The translations under genes were made by a program, and so were the position numbers. From contig NC_079172.1 of NCBI RefSeq assembly GCF_947568905.1, forward strand, positions 43,586,001 to 43,650,000: a DNA stretch of 64,000 nucleotides, given 5' to 3'. The DNA comes from Ostrea edulis. Taxonomy: Eukaryota. The notes under the pieces were generated by a model. It was not told where the DNA came from, did no database searches, and worked only from the letters and a program-made list of their open reading frames with translations. Numbering within the stretch: position 1 is the stretch's first letter; every line of letters begins with the position of its first letter. Positions 32,757 through 46,800 of this stretch are shown here, one piece after another.

Positions 32757-34848
32757 ATGAATCTAAAGCAGACCACTTGGTGTGTTTCTTTCACGACGCT
32801 GCTTGCATGTATCGTCTTGGTTCAGGGATACTGGAAAACTCCAGAAGAGGGTCCCACCTGCAAAGCTGATACATGCAGAGAATCTGATGCTATATGTGAA
32901 TGCTCTCTCACCATTGAACACAGGTTGACAATGACAACAAAAGATCCTTTACTAGTAGTTCCATTTGGTGGCAAACTTTACTATTATAACGATACAAACA
33001 AACGCCGCCCTCTGTCAGATTCCGTCATCAGTGACATTATTACGACAGACGGATATGGATCTCGTCTTGTCATAGCTGTTAATGATAAATTCCCCGGCCC
33101 AACCATAGAAGCTTATGAAAACCAGCAAATGATAATCCATGTTAGAAACCTGATGCATACTGACTCAACTACGATACATTTTCACGGGATGCACCAGCGC
33201 AGGACACCACATGCTGATGGTGTAGCCTTTATAAGTCAATGTCCAATTTTGCCTGGACAAACCTTTACCCACAGATTCACTGCGAGTCCACATGGATCCA
33301 GTTTCTATCATGCACACATAGGAGATCAGCGTAGCATGGGTTTATATGGAGGGCTTATCATTTATCCTCGACACAAATTCTTTCCTCAACCACAAGTTGG
33401 ATTCACTGTTCTCTTGCAGGATTGGAATCATAACGATGAACCTGAAACTTTGTATCAGCGCATGCTTAACGGGATCTACGATTTTCAAAAAAATCCACCG
33501 ACTCGAATTCAAACAACACAGTCCGTTGATGGCGCTAATTTTAGTCGATTTCATTTTCACTCTGGACTCGTCAATGGTAAAGGAAGGTTTTATTCACCGA
33601 AACCAAATAGGCCTTATGAACTTCAACACAATGGAGCCCCTCTTGAAATCTTTCGCGTAAAGCCACAAAGAACTTATAGATTTCGAGTGATAAGTGCAGC
33701 AACTCTTTACCCTTTCCGTGTTTATGTTCAAGATCATCTAGAAATGACAATTGTAGCATCTGATGGATTTGAGATTGTTAAAGGAATTGGGGAGGAAAGT
33801 CAGCCAATCGTTGTAGAATCGTTCATTATTCATCCTGGAGAGCGATTTGATTTCTTCTTGTTCACAGGAAAGACTATAAAATCGTATCTTTTAGTTGCAG
33901 AGAGTATTGAAGTCCTACCTAGCAATGTGTATGAATATCATGCGGCAGAGGCAATAATAGAATACGAAACCTCCACAACGTCATACGTTACATCAACAGC
34001 AAGCAATCAGAAATATTGTACCAGTGGAACACCATGTGTAACATTCAACTGTCCATATCTGTATTACCCCGCCAATCAGAACAGATTGTGCCTTCCTTAT
34101 GATGTAGCTAACAGTAATGAGCCCAATTCGAGTTATAGCGAAGTTGCAACCGTTTCTGAAACACTGTTTTTTAACTTTGCTTTTCCTGGGGAACCAGGAA
34201 ATACACCTGGTTCGGTTAATGGACATGCATTTGTACCGCCTGTGGCACCTATACTCACGGAATCAAATAACAAACTGCGAACGGTTTGCGAAGACTCAAA
34301 ATGCGGCATTGACTCCGTCTGCGCTTGCACATATTCCGTCGATCTTGACTTTGGGAAGGTATATCAGTTTGTAATTACAAATATTGGTAGTGGTCGAGGA
34401 TGGTCCCATCCAGTTCATCTTCATGGTCACTACTTTTACGTGTATAAAATGGGATTCGGTGATTATAATCAGAATACAGCCAAATTTATCGCTGAAACAA
34501 ATGACATTGAATGCATTGGAACTAATACTACAAATTATTGTAATTCTGCTAAGTGGAGAAATCAAACTTGGGGCAACAATATTCCTGGTTCAAAAACAAG
34601 CTATCCTCCAGAAAAAGACACCATAATAATTCCAACGGGAGGATACGTCGTTATCCGATTTAAAGCAAACAATCCTGGAGCCTGGTTCTTTCACTGCCAT
34701 ATTGACGTTCACAACACTAACGGGATGGGGATGGTTCTTCTGGAGGCGTCAAACAATTACCCATCAGCTCCATCTGGATTCCCGAAATGCGGATTGTTTG
34801 AAGAAAATCAAAACGGAAATTCATCTGTTGGATCAAGATGTGTAATCG
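32757..34848 (+). CDS. Laccase-type multicopper oxidase, main exon (signal peptide plus all three cupredoxin domains)
   Basis: Signal peptide MNLKQ...VLVQG. Four Cu motifs IHFHG, YHAH, HPVHLHGH and HCHIDVHNTNGM (Met axial ligand). Unspliced ORF runs to 34874; GTATGT donor at 34849. Confidence 0.95.
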
Positions 34849-35004
34849 GTATGTTTTACTGTCGTGAAATATAAACCACTCAAATGAACTAGATTCATTT
34901 TATGCATAAAATATTCCTGGTAATTTTCTGATCCAACAATCTGTACTTGAGCATACTTCTTGGAATGAAAAAAGTAAAGATAATAGATAGTGTTTATCTG
35001 ATAA

Positions 35005-35148
35005 ATCCCATAAGTATTAAAAAAAATATGAGAGCAGAGAAAACACGGACCCCTGGAAATACCAGCTGTGAATCAGGTCCCTAGGAGGAGTAAGCATTCT
35101 TTTTTGACCGATCACACAAGCCGTGAGCCCTACATCTTAATCAGATAA
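35005..35148 (-). mobile_element. PLE 3'-end fragment
   Basis: aaacacggacccctgg...ctaggaggagtaagc. Confidence 0.7.
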
Positions 35149-35248
35149 GTGCCAAATAAATCGTTGAGTAAAATATTTATAGTTGTTATAGATAAAAAAA
35201 AATCAATAGAAATGTCTATTAAAATATTTTGCTTTGACCTTCAAGTTC

Positions 35249-36402
35249 CAGTGCTCGAGCTGGGCTTCGCCATTTTCACCAATGGCGAATTTTTTTCAAA
35301 AATGGCGAAAAAAAATTGGAAGTGGCGAAAATCCCTTTTTGCAATAAATTGTATTTTTAATCCTTTGTCAGTGACACATTATCGCCTGTTTGTTTATGCA
35401 GTCAAAATCTGTTTATTCAGTCAACGCGTGCGACCGGAAATCTCGCGTCACTCCAGTGCACACAGAGCTGGTCACAGCCTCAGGTAATTTATGGCTGCAA
35501 AAAAGTCGGTGATTATGAAATAAAGTACATCGGACAGCTGTTGACCCTGCTTTGATCAATTGTTTAACATTTAAAGTCTTATTCATTATCGTGTTATCAT
35601 CTCCACATTAATGTGAATTCTTAACCAGAGAACCGACCGGTAATTAAATTGGCCGTATTATTGTGTATAATGTATATATGAATACATCAATTGTTTGTTT
35701 TTGCGGCCAAACTCGTTGATTACAAGATTTTGATGTGTTTGATTTTAGTTCGAATATTTCATAAACTATGCGGTCGGTCACCATTGATATGGCCATAGCA
35801 ATTTTAATAAATAATTTTCTTTGAAGTTTGGTGCGCAAAAGTATAAAAATGCTAATCTCATAAGACTATGCACCCCATTCTATTTTGACACTAAACTTGT
35901 AGCTTCTGGCCCTAGTCAGTCTAAAATTAAAAAAATATCTATGTTTGGCTTTACAGTCAACCCCACCTGCTCAAACATCTGATTCTGTCCAACTTGCAAA
36001 ATCTTCCATACAAAAACGGAAATTTAATAGGGAATGGTTGAGATACGACTCTAAATTGGGCTTGATGTTTTGTGACATCTGCATTTCGGCCAATGTACAC
36101 AATGTTTTCACTGAGAGGTGTAGCATCATAAAGTTTATATTTATATGATTTATTATCTGAATTTTTATTTCCATAATAGAATTTATCAAACAAATCAACT
36201 TTTTATTATTACAGAAAGAAATGTTTAGGTATGGTAGCTGGATATGATTAAGTAATGTAACTGATTCAAAATGCTAAAATAAGTGTAATGAATAAAATAA
36301 ATATATAATATGATGGAAATAATTGTAAAGCATGTGATTATTTGTGTCGCGCAGCTCCCCTAAAAAGTGGCGAAAGGGAATTCTGGTCCAGTGGGAGCAC
36401 TG
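35249..36402 (+). mobile_element. hAT-like deletion derivative with an N-terminal zinc-finger remnant
   Basis: TIR CAGTGCTC/GAGCACTG, subterminal TGGCGAA repeats; KRKFNREWLRYDSKLGLMFCDIC at 35945-36148. Confidence 0.65.
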
Positions 36403-37625
36403 CCTTCAACTCGAAATATATCGACGTCGTTTATCTATTAATGATACTGAAATGCACTCGTATGTCAATTCGCTATATCAAAGTGAACTCGAAATAAAAG
36501 ATACCACAGAGTCTTTCACATTTGCTTCTTTCCTTGGTATTTTAATGAACATAGATGTTATGGGCAAATTAAGGTGGGTCCTTAGTCCTGGATTTTTGGG
36601 GTTTAGGTAGCATTTTTTTGTTTGGAATCAATAAATTAACATTCAGAGTAATGAGAAAAGGCAAATTAGTTAAGGATTTCCAGATTTATTTTCATTACAG
36701 ACACTACTGAAGTAATGTACCCTATGTTGATTTTTATGAAATTCATTGGAAACAGTTATCTGTTGTTATTTTAAAATAAAAACAACAACAAAAATTTTAA
36801 ATTTCATTTATTTATCAGGAAACATGTCAAGAACTAAAACACATGTCATATTCACTATGTTCATCAAGTTTTAGTATAATAAGTGCAAAATATTGAATTA
36901 GCCTTACTCTCCAAAATGTTAAAAAACAAACAAATATGGACACAATTTCCTTATAGCATGGTTTACATATAATTTTTTCTGGTTATATTAGTAAATGTAC
37001 ATCTGTTATAGTTATTTATGAAAAAAATCCATACCTTTCCTTAATAATTTCAAATCTATAGCTTCCAGAGTATGTATATACCCCCATAAAAACCCTAAGT
37101 CTGGCACCATACAACTGAGCTATTCAAAACCACTCATGGATTAAAATTTTATGTAATTTCATGAAAAGACACAGATTATAATTCCTTATCACCTTGGTAA
37201 AATGTTTGTGAAAAATATAGGAAATCTATTGCATAATGGACTTGATAAATAATTTAATGAAAACAGAGTTATTGTCCTTGGATTCAATATTTTGAAACGC
37301 ATAATTGACTATTCAAATATAACTAAGACTTTTGAAATATTTTATGGCTAACAAGATTTTTTACAATGACTATTGAAAAAGACTCCAACAAAATTTATGT
37401 TCCAGTCATTAAATTATTGACTTTGCACAATCTTATGACGTCACTGGAGTGTGGAACTACGTTAACAGCTCACCTTTATGACAAGCGGGATAACTTCAGC
37501 TTCTCCATCGTCACCTTCCTATATTTATGTAACAATATACCATTATCACCTGCATATGATGTTTAAGTCTCTCAGCTGATCCGATATGCACAAGTATGTT
37601 CTACATATGATTAGTTTTGAAATCG
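36403..37625 (+). mobile_element. Decayed PLE RT fragment split by a TTAA-flanked element
   Basis: ELEIKDTTES before 36569 and LYDKRDNFSFSIV after 37465. Confidence 0.7.
36573..37461. mobile_element. Kolobok-like insertion
   Basis: TTAA on both sides; the host PLE sequence rejoins across it. Confidence 0.6.
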
Positions 37626-38299
37626 AGTTCTATAGTTGTTTGACGATCTAAGAACTCTGGATTCCTGCCTATATTTTCAACTCGTATATTTTAAAAAGCT
37701 TTGCAGTTTTGCTAATGATATTTTTTTTTAAAATATAAAGTAGAATCCATTATTAATTGAATATTAACTTTAATACCAGTGTTAATTGAACAATGGCTCT
37801 TAATTTCAACACCTTTTGATTAGGAGTAGAAAAATATGTTCCTTGAAACCGGGCTTTAAAACGTCGTCTTCAAATTGCTTATTGCTAGCAATAGATAACC
37901 ATTTAATCTGACAAATTACTGTATATTATTGAATAAAAATGGTTAAGCTTTATTTCTCACATTTTAGCCTCATTTGCAATCGATCACAGACATTTTTGCT
38001 GTGTTTTGGTCTGTTAACATATGTTCCCCCTGTGAAACAACAACAGTTTTGGTATAAATTTGATATAGGACAGTTTGTAATACCTGGATAAAGAAATTCG
38101 TGTTTCACGAGAGGAGGATGGTTTAAATATTTCCGTTTTCCATTGATTTAGTGAAATATAGAGGTATCTCTCTTTGTTTTGTCAAGTAAACCAACTTTTA
38201 TGAAAATTCATATAAATATCTATATCTACATCAAGAATATCATTTACAAATAATAACTTTTAAAAATTGACCAGAAGGTATACGGTGAAGCAATACTAT

Positions 38300-38570
38300 C
38301 ATTCGCAGTTCTCTAGAAATTAAACCTGCCATTAGGTCAAATGCTGTCTAACGTTTGGCATACTGATTTTGACTACGGATTATGCCGTTGATCTTATCAA
38401 AGTATAAGGCTCATGGCGGTTGTGACCGGTCAATTTGGGATGCTTACTACACTTAGGCACCTGATCCCACCTTTTGGTATGTCCATGGGTCCGTGTTTAC
38501 CCTACTCTTAATTTTGTATTCTTTATAGTATTTTTGATATTGATCACTGTTTGTGATGTTTACTTTTTCA
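38300..38570 (+). mobile_element. Decayed PLE 3' fragment
   Basis: Homologous to the conserved 3' end. Confidence 0.7.
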
Positions 38571-38615
38571 TAGACCATGTTGGTAATTAATAATATTAAG
38601 CCGTCTTTTTTCCAG

Positions 38616-38683
38616 ATCTGGTATTCCTGTTGTTCCTGACATTCGGAAGACTGACATTCGGAAGACTTGTAGATATAATGTAA
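38616..38683 (+). CDS. Probable terminal laccase exon (DLVFLLFLTFGRLTFGRLVDIM*), hydrophobic GPI-like tail
   Basis: Strong ccgtctttttttccAG acceptor; phase 1 matches the donor at 34849; hydrophobic peptide then TAA. Confidence 0.55.
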
Positions 38684-39120
38684 ACTCTAGTGGGTAAAAT
38701 ATATAAATTGTGAATTTAACTATCATATCATATATGAAGGTTGTACAGCAGTAATATCTTATAAGCATACATGGTTGGGTAATTATGAATATGATATTTC
38801 TGGAAAACATCAAAGATAACATATTTTCTGTCCTCTCATTATCATATATAATCAGAAACGAGAAGGTTCTCCACTTTTTACCATGGGGGAAACTGCGTGT
38901 AAGCAACAGTACAAATGCGATTTTGACCTCTTAGGTTTTGTTTAATGTAGTGTTGGTGATATCAACAATAACAACAATTCCCATTCTCCTGTTATGACTG
39001 TTTGACTGTAAGTGAGCAGCTCAGCAGAAATGAAAAATAATTAGAGAAATCAGAAGAGTTTTCAATGTAGAAGTGCATTTCATAAATTCATTCATATGAA
39101 TTAGAGGAAATTCTAGCTAA

Positions 39121-39859
39121 TTAGTCCCCTACCGACGAAGTCGAGGGGACTTTAGGTTTGCGCTCCGTCCGTCTGCCCATCAGTCCAGTTTTCCGCACTT
39201 TTTTTCTCTGTTCTTGCAGATATTTATTTGATATTTGGTATGTCGCTTTGCTATAACACGTTACAGATCAAGTTCGAATTTCGTCTCAGTCCGTTGATTT
39301 TTCACTTAGTTATGGCCCTTGGACTTAGAAAAATAGCATGAATAATCAGTTTTCCAGACTTTTTTTGGATGTGCTTGCAGATATTCATTTGCTATTTGGT
39401 ACATTGCTTTGCCATAACAAGTTACAGCTCAATATCAAATTTCATCTTGGTCCGTTGATTTTCCATTAAGTTATGACCCTTGGACGTAGAAAAATAGCAT
39501 GAATTGTTAGTTTACATCCAAGTCTCTTATCTCTGTAGATAAGAATTAAGAATACTACACTCATTAAAACTTCTAGCATAGTAATACAACAATATAGCTA
39601 AATTATCCATGATCATTTACATGTCACAGTTTATTGACTTGGTTAAAGACCTAAATCTAATTATAAATTTGTCTTTTTTCTTGGTCTAGTCTGTACTCGA
39701 ATAGTAGTTGATTTTCAACCATTCCTATCCTGGTTCCCCAATTTTCCCTTTTACCATAACCTACATATTAAATGAACGTTGAATATTGTTGTGGTACAGT
39801 AATTTTTGCAACCGGTAGGGGACTATGTATTGCCATGCAATACTCTCATAATGCTTGTT
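39121..39859 (+). mobile_element. Helentron-type non-autonomous element (HINE)
   Basis: 13-bp subTIR TAGTCCCCTACCG/CGGTAGGGGACTA, 3' hairpin GTATTGC-CAT-GCAATAC, CCGT microsatellite, internal tandem core. Confidence 0.8.
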
Positions 39860-39916
39860 ATATTTCAAATGTCTATGAATTAAAAATTTGTATGGAAATT
39901 ACATCTACCAGGTAGC

Positions 39917-40918
39917 AACAACCGCGCTCGCTAGGTGGCGTGTCATGGTCTATTTTTATTTCTACAGGAAAAGTGGGACGAGGTTCCATCCTGTTTTTTA
40001 CGGGCTAGTATGGATAAACCTAGAGCCTACGAATGATGAGAAGTTTATCGTTCGGATCTAAAATAGCTATATTTAGCGTATCTCACGTGATTAGGCACAT
40101 TCCAGAAAATCCCTTTGAAACTTAAGCGCTTAAGCAGAGCGAATAAATGTAAACATTGACTTAACGGTGAAATACACAACAAAGAGTGACATATTAATAC
40201 ATTTTATGCATAAATAGATTATACTGAGGTCAAACATGGACGATAATTGCCCGTGTTCATATAGTATTTGATTGATTTCAATGTCCAAGAAAAGATAACT
40301 CCCATTATTAACGTACACATAACGTACCGGAAGTATAAAATAATACAATGTTTATACATCACATGTATTTCTGAATGATGGGTGAATCTTTATTTTCATC
40401 AGAATCTTTTTCATCACACTCACAGACCAGGTCCCCATACCCCTACCAGTGTCAATCTGTGACTGATAGTAGTGCGGTATTTAATTTGATATAGTCTAGA
40501 GGAAATTCGAAATATGGTAGTGACATTTCTTCCTCACTGAATTAATCGGATTTTTAGTGTTTAAAGAAAAGTGGAGTATGGACTGGGAGGCTAATAATGC
40601 TATTTGCCAAATTTTCAACAATATTAATTACAAGGCAAGGCAAATTTAAAGGGGGTCATAAGCTATAGATGATAAAATATTCGCTTGCAAGTTGCACTGC
40701 CACTAGTTACACTTAGTGACTTACTTACAGATAAATAAAGTAACTTACAGACAAATATTTTATTTATTTATCTATCATTTCATTTCATTTTTTTAATATC
40801 ATGGTTTGTACTTGAAGAGTCATTGCAATAAAGGGACATTATTGGGGTTACAAAGAAATCTGATCATGCAGTTTTTAAATTTCCGAATTCTGAAAAAATA
40901 AAAATAAATAAATAATAA
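39917..40918 (-). mobile_element. About 1-kb dispersed repeat, copy 1 (HINE-like orientation minus)
   Basis: Roughly 90% similar by eye to 54887-55881; ends TTGTT on the minus strand with no clear TSD. Confidence 0.7.
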
Positions 40919-41349
40919 ACATTTCAACCATTCATTCTCAGACAAATTCTGATACCACTCAGCCCCCAGACTGGCCAGAGAGTTCTGCTTCTGTGAATTC
41001 TGATGCAACTCAGCCTCCAGACTGGCCAGAGAGCCCAGTGTTTCAGTAAATTCTGATAATGATGCAACTCAGCCACCCACCCACCCCCGACAGCTCTACC
41101 AGAAGTTCTCGGAAAAGACTTGCTGATGTTTAATAAATCAGCTTTCCTATTAGTTTTACTTTTGCTCCTGTTCATCAGTTCATTATGCTATGGCCCAATC
41201 TGATTAAATTTAAGTTCTTTGATCCGCTCCGTATACCTCTTCCTTTCCTGTATCTGTGAAGTCCAGAGGTGAGATACATCCTTTCCAAAACAACTAAGAA
41301 TGTTCATGGAACAATTTAGTATCAATTGTTTTCCTTTCTATGTTGTATG

Positions 41350-41738
41350 CCTTATTTCAAGAAATAACTTTGGGTAACTTTTTAATGTGAAATGGAACAT
41401 TTTCCGTTTTTGACAACCTGACGGTAGGAGTGTTTAAGACACTATACCTCATTTTCTGTAAGAAAGTGGAGTAAAAGGAATTCAGATTTGGATTCAGCAT
41501 ACTCAAAAGTGGTAATTACACCTGATTTTTATTGTTTTGGGTAATGATGTTTCAAGAAATAAAGTTGGGTCACTTTTTTATGTGAAATGAAACATTTTCC
41601 GTTTTTGACAACCTGACGGTAGGAGTGTTTAAGACACTATACCTCATTTTCTGTAAGAAAATGGAGTAAAAGGAATTCAGATTTGGATTCAGCATACTCA
41701 AAAGTGGTAATTACACCTGGGTTTTATTGTTTTGGGTA
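41350..41738 (+). repeat. 192-bp tandem duplication
   Basis: ttcaagaaata...ttttgggtaa occurs twice. Confidence 0.85.
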
Positions 41739-42216
41739 AATTTTAAAAAGTGGGTGGTGGTTGCTATACCAGGGCTCCCTGTATAGTTTTTTCAGACCCA
41801 AACATTTATATTTAAAATATGGTGCAGTTCTTTTAACCATAGTGCACATGACGACAGATGAAAAAAGAACCAGACCTTAATGATGTATGCTACTGACAGA
41901 AATTTGATACCTACATGCACATCAATGAATATTTACAGAATCATAAGTAAATATTGCTTTTGAGAGGAAAACCCCCCCGAAAAATAGAAAACAATATAGA
42001 AAAGAAAGAGTTGTTTGAAAATTTCTCCTCCTCAGAATATTATTCATTTTATAACGTATAGTAATAACTTTGCAGTTTTACAGTTTAGAATTGCAAAGTT
42101 AATGTAATGTAAAACGTTGGAATGAAATATCTCAAATCATTAGCTAATCAGATTAAAGTATTGTAAGAAATAAGGAGTAAATTCATTATCCAATTAACCT
42201 GAGACAAAGTATATAA

Positions 42217-42525
42217 ATACAGCCCTACCACGATATTCAGGTACTCTGCTTATATGAATACAGCCCTACCACGATATTCAGGTACTCTGCTTATATGAAT
42301 ACAGCCCTACCACGATATTCAGGTACTCTGCTTATATGAATACAGCCCTACCACGATATTCAGGTACTCTGCTTATATAAATACAGCCCTACCACGATAT
42401 TCAGGTACTCTGCTTATATAAATACAGCCCTACCACGATATTCAGATACTCTGCTTATATAAATACAGCCCTACCACGATATTCAGGTACTCTGCTTATA
42501 TAAATACAGCCCTACCACGATATTC
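42217..42525 (+). repeat. 41-bp minisatellite (about 7.5 copies)
   Basis: Unit AATACAGCCCTACCACGATATTCAGGTACTCTGCTTATAT(G/A). Confidence 0.95.
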
Positions 42526-42981
42526 TGCTTACTCGGTTCTCTGACAGTGAAATTTGCAGGTGGGATAATTCTAAGGGCTGTATCGAAAAGCAAGCAGAAA
42601 TGCCTTGCATCTACACGGTATCTAAGCTTGATTTTCTCTGTTTGTAACTAGGTTTTACTTATAGTAAATTAGAGAATTTCTAGTAATACTGTTCGTGTGA
42701 CTTTTTGAATTGTTTGTGTCAATATAAAATGTCTCACGTAAAGAGTTCAGTTCACATTGTTCGACTTCCTTATCGTGTTATATAAGTTCATATCTAACGG
42801 TGTTTTCCATATCATATTGCTCTGTAGATGATGTATAATATACTATTTGCTGTTTGTGCTTTTTAGTTTTTAATAGATGTACTGTTTTCAACTATAATAA
42901 ACATGTCATATCTTATCCTTGACCTTTTGAACAAATTGGCATAAATATGGAAATAGAATTACAATGCCAAAATGGTCTTCA

Positions 42982-43783
42982 AAATAGATATTAACGGCAA
43001 ACTAACAACTCAACGTTATGATAAACAGCATGATTTCATGCTATCCATCGTCACCTTCCCATATTTATTTAGCAATATTCCATTATCACCTGCAGATGGT
43101 GTTCATATCTCAACTGATTCAATGCGCAAGACTTTGTTCTGCGTATGATCTGTTTTTAAATCGAGACAGGCAACTAACAGATACGTTGTGGTGCAGAGCC
43201 TTCAAAAGTCTCGTTTAAAGCCAACATTTCGCAAATTCTGTGTTCGTTATAATGATCTAGTTTGCCAATACAACCTATCATTGGGGCAATTGCTGTCTGA
43301 CGTGTTTCATGCCAATTGTTGGGCAGTTCTTTACATACTGATTTTGACTACAGATAACTCCGTTTACCTGATCAAGATGTAGGGCTCACGGCGGATGTGA
43401 CATGTCGACAGGAGATGCTTACTCCTCCAAGGCAGACATGATCCCACCTTTGGTATATCCAGGGGTCCGTGTTTGCCCAAATTTCTATTTTGTATTGCTT
43501 ATATGAGTTATGAGATTGATCACTGTTCGTTATCTTCACCTTTCATCGACGACATTTTATCTATTAACAATAAGTTTCGTTCATATGTCGATTCGATATA
43601 TCCCTGTGAACTAGAAATAAAATACATCAGAGAATCTTTCACTTCGGCTTTATACTTGGATATTTTATTGAAAATATATATTAATGGCAAACTAACAAGT
43701 CAACTTTATGATAAACGGGATGATTTCCGCTTCTCCATCGTCAGCTTTCCATATTGATCACAGTTCGTTATCTTCACCTTTCA
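42982..43783 (+). mobile_element. Two tandem, permuted PLE 3' fragments
   Basis: A copy ending TCACCTTTCA at 43545 is followed at once by an upstream RT piece that again ends in the same terminus at 43783. Confidence 0.8.
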
Positions 43784-43869
43784 TGAATATGGTTTCTAAG
43801 ATAGTATATTGTACTGCGTCCAGGACGGAATCCATTTTGTGCAGAATCTAGTGTACCTTGTTAATTCAC

Positions 43870-46800
43870 AAACCATCTCAACCTTGTGTTAATTATTTTT
43901 TGAGAATTTTTTTTTCAAGGGTTTGCACGATCAGTGATTCGTAGGAGTTGGGAACATCACGGTCCTTATTTGGCTTAGGCTTTGGGGTGACTATAACATT
44001 CCTCAAGGTGTTGGAAATTGGGTTTTTTTTTGGGAATAGTTTTAGAAATGGAGTATAATATATGTGAATTTTAGATGGAAGCATTTTAGCATGATAATAT
44101 TATATGAAATTCTGTCCCCTCAGGATGCAGTGTTTTTGTTGTGTATGAGACCTTGTTTGAGTTTGCGCAATTTAAATGGTACATTGAGTGTTCTAGTGTT
44201 GCGACATGTACCCTTGACTAAGAATTTGTGCTTGAAGTGGTCCCTGACTAGTGTATGAGCTGGATCAAAGTGTTTAAACTAGCTCATTAGAAGTCTTTGT
44301 CCTGTGAGCTGTATGCGTTGTGTTGGAAGAGTTTACCTAGTGTTTTTGCGTAGTCGGTCTTGACCCTTTCCAGACTGTTGTTATGTTTGTACGTGAGTGA
44401 AGTCTTGAAATTGAGATTAGCCAATGTGTTTGTTTCCTGCAGGATAACGTGGTTAGTGTGTTTACATGTTTTGTTGTATTCTTGTTTGGATATTTGGCCC
44501 TGCTGGAAGTCTTTGAAGGCTCTTCTGCTAGTTTTCCTGGCTTGATTGGAGTTGTGAGTCCAAGCTGGGTTGATTGGCCTAGTGGTTGTTTCACCAGATG
44601 TCTTGAGGATAGATTGTATGGCCACGAGATGACTTGCTTGGTTGATATTGCCCAGGTACTGTCTATGTTATCATGTGCAATTTGGTCAATCTGGATTGCA
44701 TTAAGTATCTGAGCATATTTGGAGCAATACAGGATATCAGTACTAGAATTGGAACTCTTCGGAAAAAGAAGTTGTGAGAATTATGATTTACGTGGGCAAC
44801 TCTTATATATACAAATTAGTGATGGCGAAAGACGATTCCTCCTATGCACTTAATCCTACATCTGGTATATACAAGGGTCCATATTTGCCCAACTCTCTAT
44901 TTTGTATTGCTTGTGAGAGTTATGAGATTGTTCACTGTTCGTTATCTTCACCTTTCTCATACAAAAATATTTGCTGAATTGAAGATTAATTTTCAGAATG
45001 TTGCAAGCAAATATCCTACTATCAAAAACATGAGTTACTATATTAAATTTCGTATGTTTGATAGCGGAAGACGAGTCAAAAATGATTCACAGCACTGTGT
45101 ATTTCTGTTACCGTATGTGGATATTTACTCAGTGTGTTAGACTTTTTGACTCTGATTCCACGAACAAGTATTCTGAAGTTGAAATAAGAAATATGCTAGA
45201 GTTCCTCATTGACAATATATTCGTGGTCTTTGGTGATCAGGTCTTCCAACAGTCTGTTGGAATTCCCATGGGCATGAATTGTGCTCCATTGTTAGCTGAC
45301 CTGTTTTTATTTATATGAAGCAGAATATATTCAAAAACGTCTACATGAGAAGAAAAAATAACTTGATATGGCCTTCAATTCGACATTTAGATATATGGAC
45401 GACGTTTTGTTCATTAACAATAATAACTTTCATTCATATGTCGATTCGATATATCCCTGTGAGCTCGAAATAAAAGACACCACAGAGTCGTCCACTTCTG
45501 CTTCATACTTAGATATTTTATTGAAAGTAGACATTAACGGCAAACTGACAACTAAATTGTATGACAAACGGGATGATTTCAGCTTCTTCATCGTCAACTT
45601 CCCATATTTATGTAGCAATATTCCATTATCACCTGCATATGGTGTTTATCGCTCTCAACTGATTCGATACGCAAGAGCTTGTTCTGTGTATGATAAGTTT
45701 TTAAATCGAGGTAAGCTACTGACAAACAAGTTGATGGTACAGGGGATTCAACACAATCTCGATTAAAGTAAGCATTTCGCAAATTCTATGGTCGATATAA
45801 CGATCTAGTTTGCCAGTACAGCCTATCATTAGGTAAAATGCTGTCTGACATATTTCATACCGATTGTTAGACCGTTCTTGGCACAGTGATTTTGACTACG
45901 GATAACTTTTAACGTTTACTTGATCAGGATATAGAGCTCACGATGGGTGTCCCCGGTCGACAGGGGATGCTTACTCCTCCTAGGCACATGATCTCACCTC
46001 TGGTATATCCAGGGGTCCGTGTTATCCCAACTATCTATTTTGTATTGCTTATAGGAGTTATGAGATTGATCACTGTTCGTTATCTTCACCTTTCACTTTT
46101 CGAGTCATTGCGTAAAGCAACTGCCCACTTTGTAATAAAATCGTGAATAATGGCATTTTGCGGATCAATTTCCAAGCACACAGCAACTGAGCTGGGTCCC
46201 ACTGTGTTTCACATACGTACCATTTACTTTATAATAACATACAAAGGTCATTATTTTTACATCAATTCATTAACTGGACACTTTTTATAGTCGTGATAAA
46301 TGGTAGTGTAAATGCAAGAAATGAATTCATGTACCATTAACCAAGTATATTAAAGAATATCCTCCGCCCAGGTTATGGGTTTGTGCAAAACTACTTTTCT
46401 TACTAAGAATTTTCAAACAAATCTGAAGGAAGCAACATCTCAATTACCCCCCCCCCCCCCCCGTCCACAAACGACGCTTAGTGCCTGAACGCATAATATC
46501 TGATACATGTAGTATGCTTATGTACTGAAAAGTTGCCAAAGTTAACGCAGAAAAGGATATTTAGTTGGTTATACTAATTATTAAATCCACGAAGGAATCG
46601 AGGACAAAATAATGATTCCGATATTCCGTATTGGTGTTAGTATAGACGCAAGATTTCGATAATGTTTTGGAATCCATGTAAGGGGAAAGTTGATATACGT
46701 TGGGGTCATACACATCAGAGATGACCGACATGGTGTTTGGTTTGATGGTTACATCAAAGCCGAGGTGTTCCCAGTATTTGGAATAATCCTATAGGGGATT

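Noticed and set aside
40930-41200. Coding-like repeat SDATQPPDWPES x2
   Set aside because: Stops occur in all frames, and I found no splice context or family match.
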